Shown one piece after another: positions 1 through 8,810 of a DNA stretch of 64,000 bases (positions are counted from its first letter, which is position 1; the number at the start of each line of letters is the position of its first letter). The translations under genes and the position numbers were made by a program. Location: IMG/VR virus record IMGVR_UViG_3300017971_000261, positions 16,268-80,267 of that record; one strand, 5' to 3'. Below the pieces are notes generated by a model. The model saw nothing but the letters and a program-made list of their open reading frames with translations. It was not told the DNA's origin and did no database searches. Source of the DNA: a virus.

Positions 1-180
1 ATGATGGTATCCGCCAACCACTTTGCTGATTTGAAGAACTTGATCTTATCACTATCCCCGTCGGGGAGAGCCTCTGCTAGTCTTAGTTGGTAATAACCGC
101 ACAGCTGAGATATGCCGTCAAAGCAGGATAGATTCCGAAATTGCTCTTGATAGTTGGCATGACCGGCCCGCCCGGTAACG
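1..180 (+). CDS. 3' end of a possible gene entering from the left edge (59 codons open)
   Basis: Frame 1 is open from base 1 to TAA at 178-180 (…LKNLILSYYPRRGEPLLVLVG…) and overlaps the next gene; function not assignable. Confidence 0.3.
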
Positions 181-860
181 GAAAGACCATGGCGATTCGA
201 CACATACGAACACTTTGCCGCAAGCACAGGCTCTCGTATGACAACATCACGGCTAGCCAACTTGATGGAGCCTACAAAGAAGGAACGCTCTCTGATATCT
301 TCAACAAGGCAAACGTCATCTTTTTCGACGACATAGATATCTCTTTCTTCATGCGGAAAAGAGACGGTGATGCTAGGATGTGCTGTTCAATATTGGCTGC
401 TATGGATGGCGTAAATGCTGGCAAGCATTCGGTGAGAATCTTCACTACCAATGAAGAAATCAAATGCATCGATGACGCTTTTCTCCGGCCCGGTAGAATC
501 GATCGCATTTTCGATGTCGGGCCTCCGAGCCGCGAAATGAGAGGCGAATTGATACGAACGCGATGGAGTGAAGAAATCCTTGCAAACGTAGCAGTTGACA
601 AAATGGTCGACAGGACTGAAGATTGGAGCTTTGCTCAACTGGAAGCACTTAAGGGTGCTCTCGTTATCAATTGTCTGCTGACGGATCTCGGTTGGGATTT
701 GGACGCCGCCATTAACGAAGTTAACTCACGTGACATTCCTTCTCAACAGAAGACAAAAGCCGGTTTTGCTGCAATTACTGAGAAAACAGTAGCAGCAAAC
801 GCACCCGTTCTAGTGAATGGGAAACGTCAGATCGGTTTCTCTTCAGAATGGGACGACTAA
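141..860 (+). CDS. AAA+ ATPase (minimal, single domain)
   Basis: Walker A GPPGNGKT, Walker B VIFFDDID, sensor-1 FTTN, second region of homology DDAFLRPGRIDR. Confidence 0.9.
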   Translation: MLLIVGMTGPPGNGKTMAIRHIRTLCRKHRLSYDNITASQLDGAYKEGTLSDIFNKANVIFFDDIDISFFMRKRDGDARMCCSILAAMDGVNAGKHSVRIFTTNEEIKCIDDAFLRPGRIDRIFDVGPPSREMRGELIRTRWSEEILANVAVDKMVDRTEDWSFAQLEALKGALVINCLLTDLGWDLDAAINEVNSRDIPSQQKTKAGFAAITEKTVAANAPVLVNGKRQIGFSSEWDD

Positions 861-3211
861 CTACAACTGGACATCGCGCATCTCGGACAAACCAAACAAC
901 TGCCTCCCGGGACCATTTTGGTTACGATGTCTTCTTCCGCGCACTTGGGACACACCTTGTCACCTGATATCTCTTGGAGATCTTCTAGTGAGAGATACTT
1001 GGTTCTAAATATACGTCCAACAGCCTTACTGAAAGATGTGATGAACAGATTGGAAGCGTCTATCTGCTCTACAATAAATCTGGGATGGATGCCATGCCTC
1101 AACTCTAGGCTAAATCTACGGGTTTCGTAATTGATTCTGCGCCATGCTTCCTCAGTGGTTGGATCGACCTTTCCTTCGTCTTCAAGGATTCCCTCAATCT
1201 TGTCGGCCAAGATGTTGTCAACTATTGTGTTGCCATCCTTATCCTCTATTGAGTAGTGCCTGGAACGCCGTTTAACTACAACCCCTTCGTTTGGAAGTGC
1301 TGTCCTGCCGTTCATGGCGAAGACTTCGTATGGAACATCATTGACCTTGCCGATAATGATATGCCATTCGATTCCCTCTGCGGTAGACCTGAATATGTCG
1401 CAGTCCACTCGTTTTGGTCTTTTAAGAGCATTGTTCCAACCTAGATGTGTAACTTGTTTGCCCTTTGTCATCAAAACCTGTGTAGTCTTGCTTTCGTCCC
1501 GATAGATTGTGATTCCCTTACATCCTGACTTCCATGCGTACATGTAAGCATTGTAGACATCGTCCATCGTGGCTGAATTTGGCATGTTCACCGTCTTAGA
1601 AATACCAGAATCAACGAACTTTTGGAAAGCGGCTTGCATGTCAATGTGCTGTTGCCACGTTACCTCCCTCCCCTGTTTTTCAGGATCTACTGCACACCGG
1701 AAGTAACGCTTATCAGCCTTGGGATGCGGCATCTCATACTTGCCCGTATTATCATAGCGGTAGATGACGGGAGAGAAGATGGGCTCAATCGAGCTACTGC
1801 ATCCAGCCAAGAGACTAATAGAACCTGTTGGCGCGATAGTAAGAAGAGTTACGTTTCGTCTGTGATCAAGTTCGTCATGCTGGCATGATTTTGGTGTACC
1901 TTTCTCTTTAGCAAGTTGAACAGAGCATTTATGCGCTTCTGTATAGAAGAAGTCCATCAGACGCTGAGCAAGCTCAAGAGAGGTGTCGCTTCCGTAAGCG
2001 ATTCTCAAGGAAAGCAATAGATCGGCGAACCCCATAACACCCAGACCAATAGGACGATTGTCCTGGGCCCATGATGCGAAATCATCGGTTGGAAAGACGT
2101 TGGCGTCGATGATGTTGTCCAAGAACCGCACGGCCGTCCAAATGGCATCACGCAGGTTGTCCCAGTCCAGATCACGAGATGATGGGTTGTAGAACTTCGA
2201 CACATCAGTCGAACCGAGATCGCAACATGCCAGCTCAGGAAGGGGCATTTCACCGCATGGGTTGCAACAGTCTATCGTTTGTCCGCTGTATCTGTAAGGT
2301 GTCTTTTCGTTTATGCGATCTTTGAAAAGAAGACCGGGATCTCCGTTTCGCCATGCATTCTCAACGATGTGAGCAAACAGATCTTTCGCTTTGATAGTGT
2401 CGTAAACCTTTCCGTTGAAAACAAGATCGATTGTACCATCTTCTTCTACGGCTTGCATGAATTCGTCTGTTACCAGAACAGAAAGGTTGAAATTGTGCAT
2501 GAACTTATCAAGAATGACCTTTAGCTGGTCGCTTTGGTTGCTAAGAAAGTCATCATATTGCGAGAAGATGTCCTCACGTAGCATCGTCTTAAGAGCACGT
2601 TCTGACTGTTTGCACTGTATGAATTTGATGATGTCAGGATGATCGTGTCGCATCGTTGCAAGCATTGCCATTCCACGAAAGCCTGATTGGGTAATGCTCG
2701 TCATGACCTCAGAGATCATTCTCATATGCTCGATTGGGCCGCACGCTTTGGCATGCGTTGAACCGAATACAGGATCGCCTTCCGGTCGTATGTTGGATAT
2801 ATTGACTCCAGCACCGCCTCCTTGGCGTGCAATATCCCCAAAGGCCTCGATGTTCCTCACCATGGCTTTCCATGAATCTTCTGGGCTTTTGGCAACGAAG
2901 CAGGCTAGCAAACCGCGTGATTTGGTGTTGGTTCCAGAATTTACGAGACAAGGGCTGTTTGGCAAGAACTTCAATGAATGGATCAGGTCGAATGCCTTCT
3001 GTTTGTATTCCTTGGTGTCATCAGGGCATACATGATTAACCACCCTCCAACACATTTTGATCCAGTCTTCCGCTGGGTTCCCATCCGCGTCCTTCATGTA
3101 ATAACGTTTCTGACATATTGATTCCGCCATCTGGCTCAGGTGACCGTTGCTGCTTTCTTCCATCTCCATTCCCTTCTTGGTGTGTTTGATTTTCTTTTTG
3201 GCACGACTCAT
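857..3211 (-). CDS. nrdJ: Adenosylcobalamin-dependent (class II) ribonucleotide reductase
   Basis: FLPNSPCLVN, NPCGEMPL active-site loop, TIAPTGSIS, ISKTVN, GCKGITIYR, C-terminal Cys zinc ribbon; no ATP cone; no beta-subunit gene nearby. Confidence 0.9.
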   Translation of the reverse strand: MSRAKKKIKHTKKGMEMEESSNGHLSQMAESICQKRYYMKDADGNPAEDWIKMCWRVVNHVCPDDTKEYKQKAFDLIHSLKFLPNSPCLVNSGTNTKSRGLLACFVAKSPEDSWKAMVRNIEAFGDIARQGGGAGVNISNIRPEGDPVFGSTHAKACGPIEHMRMISEVMTSITQSGFRGMAMLATMRHDHPDIIKFIQCKQSERALKTMLREDIFSQYDDFLSNQSDQLKVILDKFMHNFNLSVLVTDEFMQAVEEDGTIDLVFNGKVYDTIKAKDLFAHIVENAWRNGDPGLLFKDRINEKTPYRYSGQTIDCCNPCGEMPLPELACCDLGSTDVSKFYNPSSRDLDWDNLRDAIWTAVRFLDNIIDANVFPTDDFASWAQDNRPIGLGVMGFADLLLSLRIAYGSDTSLELAQRLMDFFYTEAHKCSVQLAKEKGTPKSCQHDELDHRRNVTLLTIAPTGSISLLAGCSSSIEPIFSPVIYRYDNTGKYEMPHPKADKRYFRCAVDPEKQGREVTWQQHIDMQAAFQKFVDSGISKTVNMPNSATMDDVYNAYMYAWKSGCKGITIYRDESKTTQVLMTKGKQVTHLGWNNALKRPKRVDCDIFRSTAEGIEWHIIIGKVNDVPYEVFAMNGRTALPNEGVVVKRRSRHYSIEDKDGNTIVDNILADKIEGILEDEGKVDPTTEEAWRRINYETRRFSLELRHGIHPRFIVEQIDASNLFITSFSKAVGRIFRTKYLSLEDLQEISGDKVCPKCAEEDIVTKMVPGGSCLVCPRCAMSSCS

Positions 3212-3466
3212 CTATACGTCCCTTTCCTGACCGCATCTTCCAGTTTTTTGTCGAGCGAAATCAAATTTTGTTAGCCCTTACTACGACAAAAGATATGAGT
3301 TCGGCGATTTGGCATCGCGCCTTCTCGTCGTGAAACTCACTCATAAAGGTAGCGTTAACTAGCCTGCGGGAAGACCTCAAAGGGTCGGCTGGTAGGCTCT
3401 AGGAACTAACAAATAAGGCAACGGAATTATAGTGTGTGACGCATCGGAACCAGCTTGGCATTCGGT

Positions 3467-3928
3467 ATGAATCAGGAGAAAATCTCAAACAAGGAACCGT
3501 GGCAAATGACACTAGATGAATACCTGTCATCGATGCCTGAAACAGCACGAAACCAAACTGTTTCAGCGCGACTTCTAGTGCCCATACGCAACCCAATAGG
3601 CCCCCCAAATTGTATCGAAGAAGACCGCAACCATCAGTTGGGACATATGCTGAGGCTGAATGATGCTAACGGTGTAGGTCGAGCAATCGTTGTGGTCAAA
3701 AACGGTTACATCATTTACGCAGAAGTAGATCCTAAATTAGAGGGATATGGTTTGATCCATGCGTTGACTAGTGCCTTTGAGTCTGCTGGTGCGACACATG
3801 CTTCCATTGGCACTATTGGGGGCGCGAAGGCTGCCCACCGATGGCAGGTTTACCTTGCTGCACGAAAAGGGAAACAAATCCCGAACCATGTTCTATTGGA
3901 TTATCCTGAGTTATTCAATCTCATCTAG
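3467..3928 (+). CDS. Hypothetical protein with GNAT-like core flanked by PWQMTxxEY and GKxxPxxVLxDYPEL motifs
   Basis: YAEVDPKLEGYGL resembles a degenerate GNAT acetyl-CoA motif; the flanking motifs resemble those of phage polyvalent proteins. Confidence 0.45.
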   Translation: MNQEKISNKEPWQMTLDEYLSSMPETARNQTVSARLLVPIRNPIGPPNCIEEDRNHQLGHMLRLNDANGVGRAIVVVKNGYIIYAEVDPKLEGYGLIHALTSAFESAGATHASIGTIGGAKAAHRWQVYLAARKGKQIPNHVLLDYPELFNLI

Positions 3929-4903
3929 AAATTCAAGATCGTTTTCTAATTTGTCCCGTTGGATCATTATGACGTATTTGACTTTAGAAGCATCATCTTC
4001 CGTTATGATCTGCTCACGAATGCTGTCTGGAAAATCGAGCTGGATGAACTTCTCTACAGGATCGTAGCCTGTTACTATCAATTCGGTGCCTTCGGTGATC
4101 TGTCTACAGTCTGTGGACTTGAAGCAAGATGGTATCTTTTCGATGCATTCGTTGTAATAAGAACCGGGGTCGAAGTTAACTGGGCTCTTTGTTTTGACTC
4201 TTGGTTTTCTATCGGCATTCTGCTTCCTCCATTCTTGGATTCGTCGGTTTCGTTCCCTGTTAAGCTTTTCGAATGACTTTCCCCTCTCTTTGATCTCTCT
4301 TGGGTCTCTCTCGCCTTTTAGGTAGGCTATTTGCATTCCCAGAAGATATCGAACTCGTTTGTTCTCAAGTTCTTGGGCCTGTTGCGGGGATAGATCTAAG
4401 TTGTGTTTCTTGTTGAAGTTTTCGACATTTGTCTTGATTTGTGGCGGCGACATAGGCCCTTCAGACGAGTAGTCCTCGAACCACTTTGTTTCTCTTCCGG
4501 TGATCGCCATCTCTATCAACATGTCCACCGGATTCCAGTTAGGCTTTTGTGTTGTATCTGGCCCCACTTTAGTGTCTTCCATGTTTTGTCCTTTCATTTT
4601 GATTACACGATTGTGTCCGATTTCTGAGAGAATAGAGTTTGAGATTGATTGGATTTTCGGCAGCTCTCTTTCGAGAGCGTTTGATATACCTGTCCGCTCG
4701 TACTCACCAGCCAGAATCCAGAAGCACTCTGTTCCTAGTATCTCTTTGCCATCACACACAAAAACTGGCGTCTCGTGCTTGTACCCATCGAGATCTATTT
4801 CCCTGTATTCAAGGAACTCAGCATCTATAGACGTAGAACCAAAATCTCGTCTATAGACGATTTTGACAGAATCTCCGCTGTTTAGTCTCCTTCTCTTTGG
4901 CAT
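3911..4903 (-). CDS. Hypothetical protein
   Basis: 330-aa ORF in a minus-strand block; no recognisable motif. Confidence 0.75.
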   Translation of the reverse strand: MPKRRRLNSGDSVKIVYRRDFGSTSIDAEFLEYREIDLDGYKHETPVFVCDGKEILGTECFWILAGEYERTGISNALERELPKIQSISNSILSEIGHNRVIKMKGQNMEDTKVGPDTTQKPNWNPVDMLIEMAITGRETKWFEDYSSEGPMSPPQIKTNVENFNKKHNLDLSPQQAQELENKRVRYLLGMQIAYLKGERDPREIKERGKSFEKLNRERNRRIQEWRKQNADRKPRVKTKSPVNFDPGSYYNECIEKIPSCFKSTDCRQITEGTELIVTGYDPVEKFIQLDFPDSIREQIITEDDASKVKYVIMIQRDKLENDLEFLDEIE

Positions 4904-4921
4904 ATCGCTTTTGGATTATAG

Positions 4922-5671
4922 CTATGCGGCTGGTGTCCAGGCATCATCCTGATATGGATCTTCCACATCCAGTTGTTGTCGGATTTGTTCAATTCGTTCC
5001 TGTTCGGCAGGATTACCTTCGAAGTATGAACCTATAAGGGTTCTCTCTATATCGACTACTCTTGAGTGAGCCATGTGCCCTAATGTGTCTTCTAGTTTCT
5101 TGTTCGTCAATTCGCTTATCGCCCTTAGATAAACTGCTGGACCTCTATTCATACCATAGGAGCAATGAACATATATGAGACTTTGTTGGTCCGGAGGAAG
5201 TTGTGCTTGTGCTCTGATGGTCTCGGCCAACTTCCCCGCTGCCGCTGTATAGAGATTGTGATATTCGCGGCTAATCTCGTTCAATCGTTCGTCTCGGCTG
5301 TTGAAACCTAGACGAGGGGGTTCGGAAAGTGGGAAGTTATAGCGTTTTGTGACACCTTCAAGAGCTTCGTGGGATTGATCATCTGTCACATTGAACTCTA
5401 TAACCTCTGGTTTCCGGCCGTAGGTTTGTATGAACTTTTGCTTGGCGTCGTCCAGTTCGAGGTTATTTGCTCCCCCTACAAAGACAAACGGGAATTCCGG
5501 CGATTGGTATGCTGGGTTATAGATGTCTCCGTCATCTGCGATCTGAACCTGAGCACGTGGACGATCCCCTCTTGGGTCATAGAAGGTGTTTGTGCGCGGA
5601 TCGCTCCCTCTAATTCCCTGGTCTAGTTGATAAGCTAGTTTTCGTACCCAGTTTACGCGTCTTACTCGCAC
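4922..5671 (-). CDS. Cys-dependent protein tyrosine/dual-specificity phosphatase family protein
   Basis: P-loop IYVHCSYGMNRG (HCxxGxxR). Start placed at GTG 5671, overlapping the end of the upstream small ORF; the track ORF extends to 5755. Confidence 0.8.
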   Translation of the reverse strand: MRVRRVNWVRKLAYQLDQGIRGSDPRTNTFYDPRGDRPRAQVQIADDGDIYNPAYQSPEFPFVFVGGANNLELDDAKQKFIQTYGRKPEVIEFNVTDDQSHEALEGVTKRYNFPLSEPPRLGFNSRDERLNEISREYHNLYTAAAGKLAETIRAQAQLPPDQQSLIYVHCSYGMNRGPAVYLRAISELTNKKLEDTLGHMAHSRVVDIERTLIGSYFEGNPAEQERIEQIRQQLDVEDPYQDDAWTPAA

Positions 5672-5868
5672 TTTTGCTCTGATCCGGTCTTTGAGTTTTC
5701 TTCTTTTTTGCTCGCCTTTTCCTTCTTTGGTATTCGGTGGCGGCATGTTCGACATGACACCGATTTCGACGTGGGGGATCGGCGTTCAAACAGATCGCAC
5801 ATGTGTTTGTCTGCTACGTCGATTCCTCGTATTTCGCAAGTGTTTTTGCATCGTTTGCTTGGCTTCAT
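5662..5868 (-). CDS. Small Cys-rich basic protein
   Basis: 68 aa, AGAAAGG-type RBS before ATG, CxxxC and CxxC motifs. Confidence 0.55.
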   Translation of the reverse strand: MKPSKRCKNTCEIRGIDVADKHMCDLFERRSPTSKSVSCRTCRHRIPKKEKASKKEENSKTGSEQKCE

Positions 5869-6080
5869 GCCTTTCTCCGATCAAACGATCTATAGGACAT
5901 CTTGTGTCCCTAAGAGTTTAGGGCCATTGTCGTCTTTCGGATCTCAGGACTTACCCTCTGATTTCTTATACCCAGCCACAGATGACGAACCCTTGCTCAT
6001 ATCCTGTTAGTCTTAGGAACATAAGTTAGCAAACATAAACAGATTACGAGCCCCAATGCTTCGAAGGATGACCCTCTGGC

Positions 6081-6109
6081 TTGACAAAGCGGGAAAAGTA
6101 GGGTACTTA
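6081..6109 (+). promoter_or_regulatory. sigma70-type promoter (weak -10)
   Basis: TTGACA-N17-TACTTA upstream of ORF 6154. Confidence 0.45.
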
Positions 6110-6153
6110 TATTCATGGCAGTTCGTCAGTACCTGTGAATGTGAGGCATTTCC

Positions 6154-6525
6154 ATGACCACCAAGGCAAGAGGAAAAATCTCAATCAAGGCAAAAAGATG
6201 TCCGGGTTGCGGCCGATTCTTCTCGAAGAGGCCGCATGAAGGACCTAAGCGGTTTCAGCAACGCACCTTCTGTAACCGTGAATGTCAACGTAGATTGATG
6301 GTCAGAGATCCAGAGAGAATCAAGAAATATCGCCGCACCATGCGTAACAAGCGTGCGGAGCCCCATGCTGTCACACCAGAGGAAGTTGAGAAAACGATTG
6401 CAGAAATCAGGGCGGAGAAGATCGCAGCCGGGCAGAAGACTATTATGGAGAAGATGAATGACGAACGTTGGCACGCCAGAGTGGTGTCAACCAGGTTCAT
6501 TCCAAGGTCATTTTTGTCCGGTTAA
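6154..6525 (+). CDS. Single C4 zinc-finger protein (same finger type as 7074 array)
   Basis: KRCPGCGRFFSKR..E....F..R.FCNREC. Confidence 0.75.
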   Translation: MTTKARGKISIKAKRCPGCGRFFSKRPHEGPKRFQQRTFCNRECQRRLMVRDPERIKKYRRTMRNKRAEPHAVTPEEVEKTIAEIRAEKIAAGQKTIMEKMNDERWHARVVSTRFIPRSFLSG

Positions 6526-6534
6526 GGCACGCCC

Positions 6535-6966
6535 GTGGAAGCAAACGTCAAAGAGTTCGTACAAAAGCTATCAGAATTGATTGATCTTGCCGAGGCCACT
6601 GATGAAATCAAAGAATTCGATCGATTGATGGTTAAGCTCTGGCGTATGGTGCATAAGGTGTACGTTGCTTGTCTTCATTCGCCATCGGTTTATAACGATG
6701 TCAGCATCGAAGATCTTGACAAAATGATTGCTTTGCTGCAATCTCTTGAGAACAAGCTGAAGGTTAGGCCAGATAGCCTAAAAATGAGTAAGGAGAAGAA
6801 AGAGTATTACGACATGGTGATTGCATGCATAAAGATGAATCGCCTTCTGATTAGACGACGAAAACGTCGCATTCAGAAACTTCCCACAATGCCAATAGAT
6901 GACCCCAGAACGATAGGCCAGGAACCTGCTGAACCTGAGCCTGCTCCCAATCCAATCGGTCGGTAA
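6535..6966 (+). CDS. Hypothetical helical protein
   Basis: 143-aa ORF, co-oriented and closely spaced. Confidence 0.65.
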   Translation: MEANVKEFVQKLSELIDLAEATDEIKEFDRLMVKLWRMVHKVYVACLHSPSVYNDVSIEDLDKMIALLQSLENKLKVRPDSLKMSKEKKEYYDMVIACIKMNRLLIRRRKRRIQKLPTMPIDDPRTIGQEPAEPEPAPNPIGR

Positions 6967-6983
6967 AATTCAGCCTTATTGGT

Positions 6984-7012
6984 TTGACAAATCCGCTGCC
7001 CCGTTGTATACT
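6984..7012 (+). promoter_or_regulatory. sigma70-type promoter
   Basis: TTGACA(6984-6989)-N17-TATACT(7007-7012), intergenic. Confidence 0.75.
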
Positions 7013-7073
7013 TGTCATCCGTAGTCCGTTGCTGTCTAACGATGTCCACTCGTGTCCACTGTAGTCCAAACGG

Positions 7074-8810
7074 ATGCGACTTGAACAAAGCAAAACGTCG
7101 GTCGAAGAATCGATTGGGCTCACCGCAAACCAGACGGTACCAACCTTAGGACATTCCGACGATATTTCAGACGACGGCAGGCTCTCGAAAGAATGCAGGG
7201 TCTGTAAATCCATATTCTACAAAAGGAGCAAGCGAACACTCAAAGAGTGGGAGACCACCAAATGCTGTTCTAGAAGATGCAGCGCGATCCACATGCATCG
7301 TGTACTTGCTGCCCGCCGCAGACTCGCCGAGAAGGAAACCAAAACATACTGCAAGGTCTGCAGAAAACTCATCAAACGACGCGAAAATGAACCGCTTGCA
7401 ACCTATCGCCAGCGCAAAGTCTGTAGTGATGCATGTAGGATTCTTAGCATCAAGAAACAGGCTCAACGCCGCACCCAGCTACGTTCGACTCCAAAGAAAT
7501 GCATTGCCTGCGGCAAACGCTTCAAAAGACGTGCAAACGAGCAAGTGTCCAAATTCGAGGAAAGGCAAACATGCGGTCGAAAATGCACGTGGAAGCTAAA
7601 GGTCGTTCGTCCAACCAAGACCTGCTTAGCATGCGGGAAAGAATTCGCCAAGAACAAGAGGGACTCATTGGAGCAGTGGTCTAACAGAAAGGTCTGCAGT
7701 AGGAAATGTGTCGCTAAATTGGCTAGGGCTAGATCCAAATACTCACACAGCAAGATAAGCAGCAAGAAAACATGCAGCCCTACCAAGCGGTGTCTTGTCT
7801 GTGGAAAGAAGTTCTCGAAACGGCGAAAAGAGAGCATTACCAACTTTACATCACGCAAAACGTGTGGTATGTTTTGTGCGGATGAGTTGAACTCTCTGCA
7901 CATGAAGGAACGCTACAAGAAAACAGCTGAACAACGAAGAAAACGGACCAAGCAGTGGAAGAAATGCCGCATTTGTGAATCAAGGTTCTACAGGAGAGAA
8001 AACGAAACGGACAAGGAATGGAAAAAGCACTCATATTGTTCCAGCACGGAGTGCCGTGACAGACTTTTCAAGCTTGCTTCTGCTCGTCTCAACGAAAAAC
8101 GCCGTCAACGACGCCAGAAAATCGAGACGAAGCAGTGTGTCATCTGTGGCAAGAAGATCGAACGACGATGGGGAAAGGAAAGCGCAAGACGATGGAAAGA
8201 GAGACAGTGTTGTGGGCGTGATTGTGCCCAAGAACTTGGGGCTCGAACCAGACGACGTCAAGGTCTAGAAATCAAACGCCAATGCGTAATCTGTGGGAGA
8301 GAGCTGCCTGCTGGTTACACAAAGCGAAAACTCTGTGGTAGATTAAGCTGTAAAAAACGCTTGAGACGCCTCAGGCTTGAGGAAAGAAAGAAGAATAGAC
8401 CCAAGAAAACATGTCAAACCTGCGGCCGAATCTATATGCGTCCCAGCAATCTGTCTGATGAACAATGGAAGAAACGGAGCGCATGTAGTAGCAAGTGTGT
8501 TTTACTACTGAAACAGCAGAAAAACATGGTGAAAACGAAGGATGTCATTCGCTCCGAGGCGACGCCAAAGGCCAATTACGCGTCCTTCGTGGGTAAAGAT
8601 GCTGGATATGTCAAGTTAGCCGCCGAACTGGTCGGCGAAGAAATGATAAGGCAGCTTCTTTTAGACCAAATATCTCTTGATTCGGTGCTGCCGAAATACC
8701 CCATTACACCAGGAGAACCGGAAACATGTCACGCCGAAGAAGAAAAAGGACACGAAGAGACAGAAGGACAGATGGACCGGCCTCAGGAAGCAACGTCAAT
8801 CGCAGTGTAA
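7074..8810 (+). CDS. Basic protein with 9 tandem C4 zinc-finger repeats
   Basis: Nine copies of KxCxxCGKxF-x(2)-R-x(2)-E-x(4)-W/F-x(2)-R-x(2)-CSxxC separated by basic helices; no nuclease domain seen. Confidence 0.85.
   Translation: MRLEQSKTSVEESIGLTANQTVPTLGHSDDISDDGRLSKECRVCKSIFYKRSKRTLKEWETTKCCSRRCSAIHMHRVLAARRRLAEKETKTYCKVCRKLIKRRENEPLATYRQRKVCSDACRILSIKKQAQRRTQLRSTPKKCIACGKRFKRRANEQVSKFEERQTCGRKCTWKLKVVRPTKTCLACGKEFAKNKRDSLEQWSNRKVCSRKCVAKLARARSKYSHSKISSKKTCSPTKRCLVCGKKFSKRRKESITNFTSRKTCGMFCADELNSLHMKERYKKTAEQRRKRTKQWKKCRICESRFYRRENETDKEWKKHSYCSSTECRDRLFKLASARLNEKRRQRRQKIETKQCVICGKKIERRWGKESARRWKERQCCGRDCAQELGARTRRRQGLEIKRQCVICGRELPAGYTKRKLCGRLSCKKRLRRLRLEERKKNRPKKTCQTCGRIYMRPSNLSDEQWKKRSACSSKCVLLLKQQKNMVKTKDVIRSEATPKANYASFVGKDAGYVKLAAELVGEEMIRQLLLDQISLDSVLPKYPITPGEPETCHAEEEKGHEETEGQMDRPQEATSIAV

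Noticed and set aside
3212-3454. Cobalamin riboswitch or NrdR boxes upstream of nrdJ
   Set aside because: Consensus elements not found; kept only as a generic structured region.
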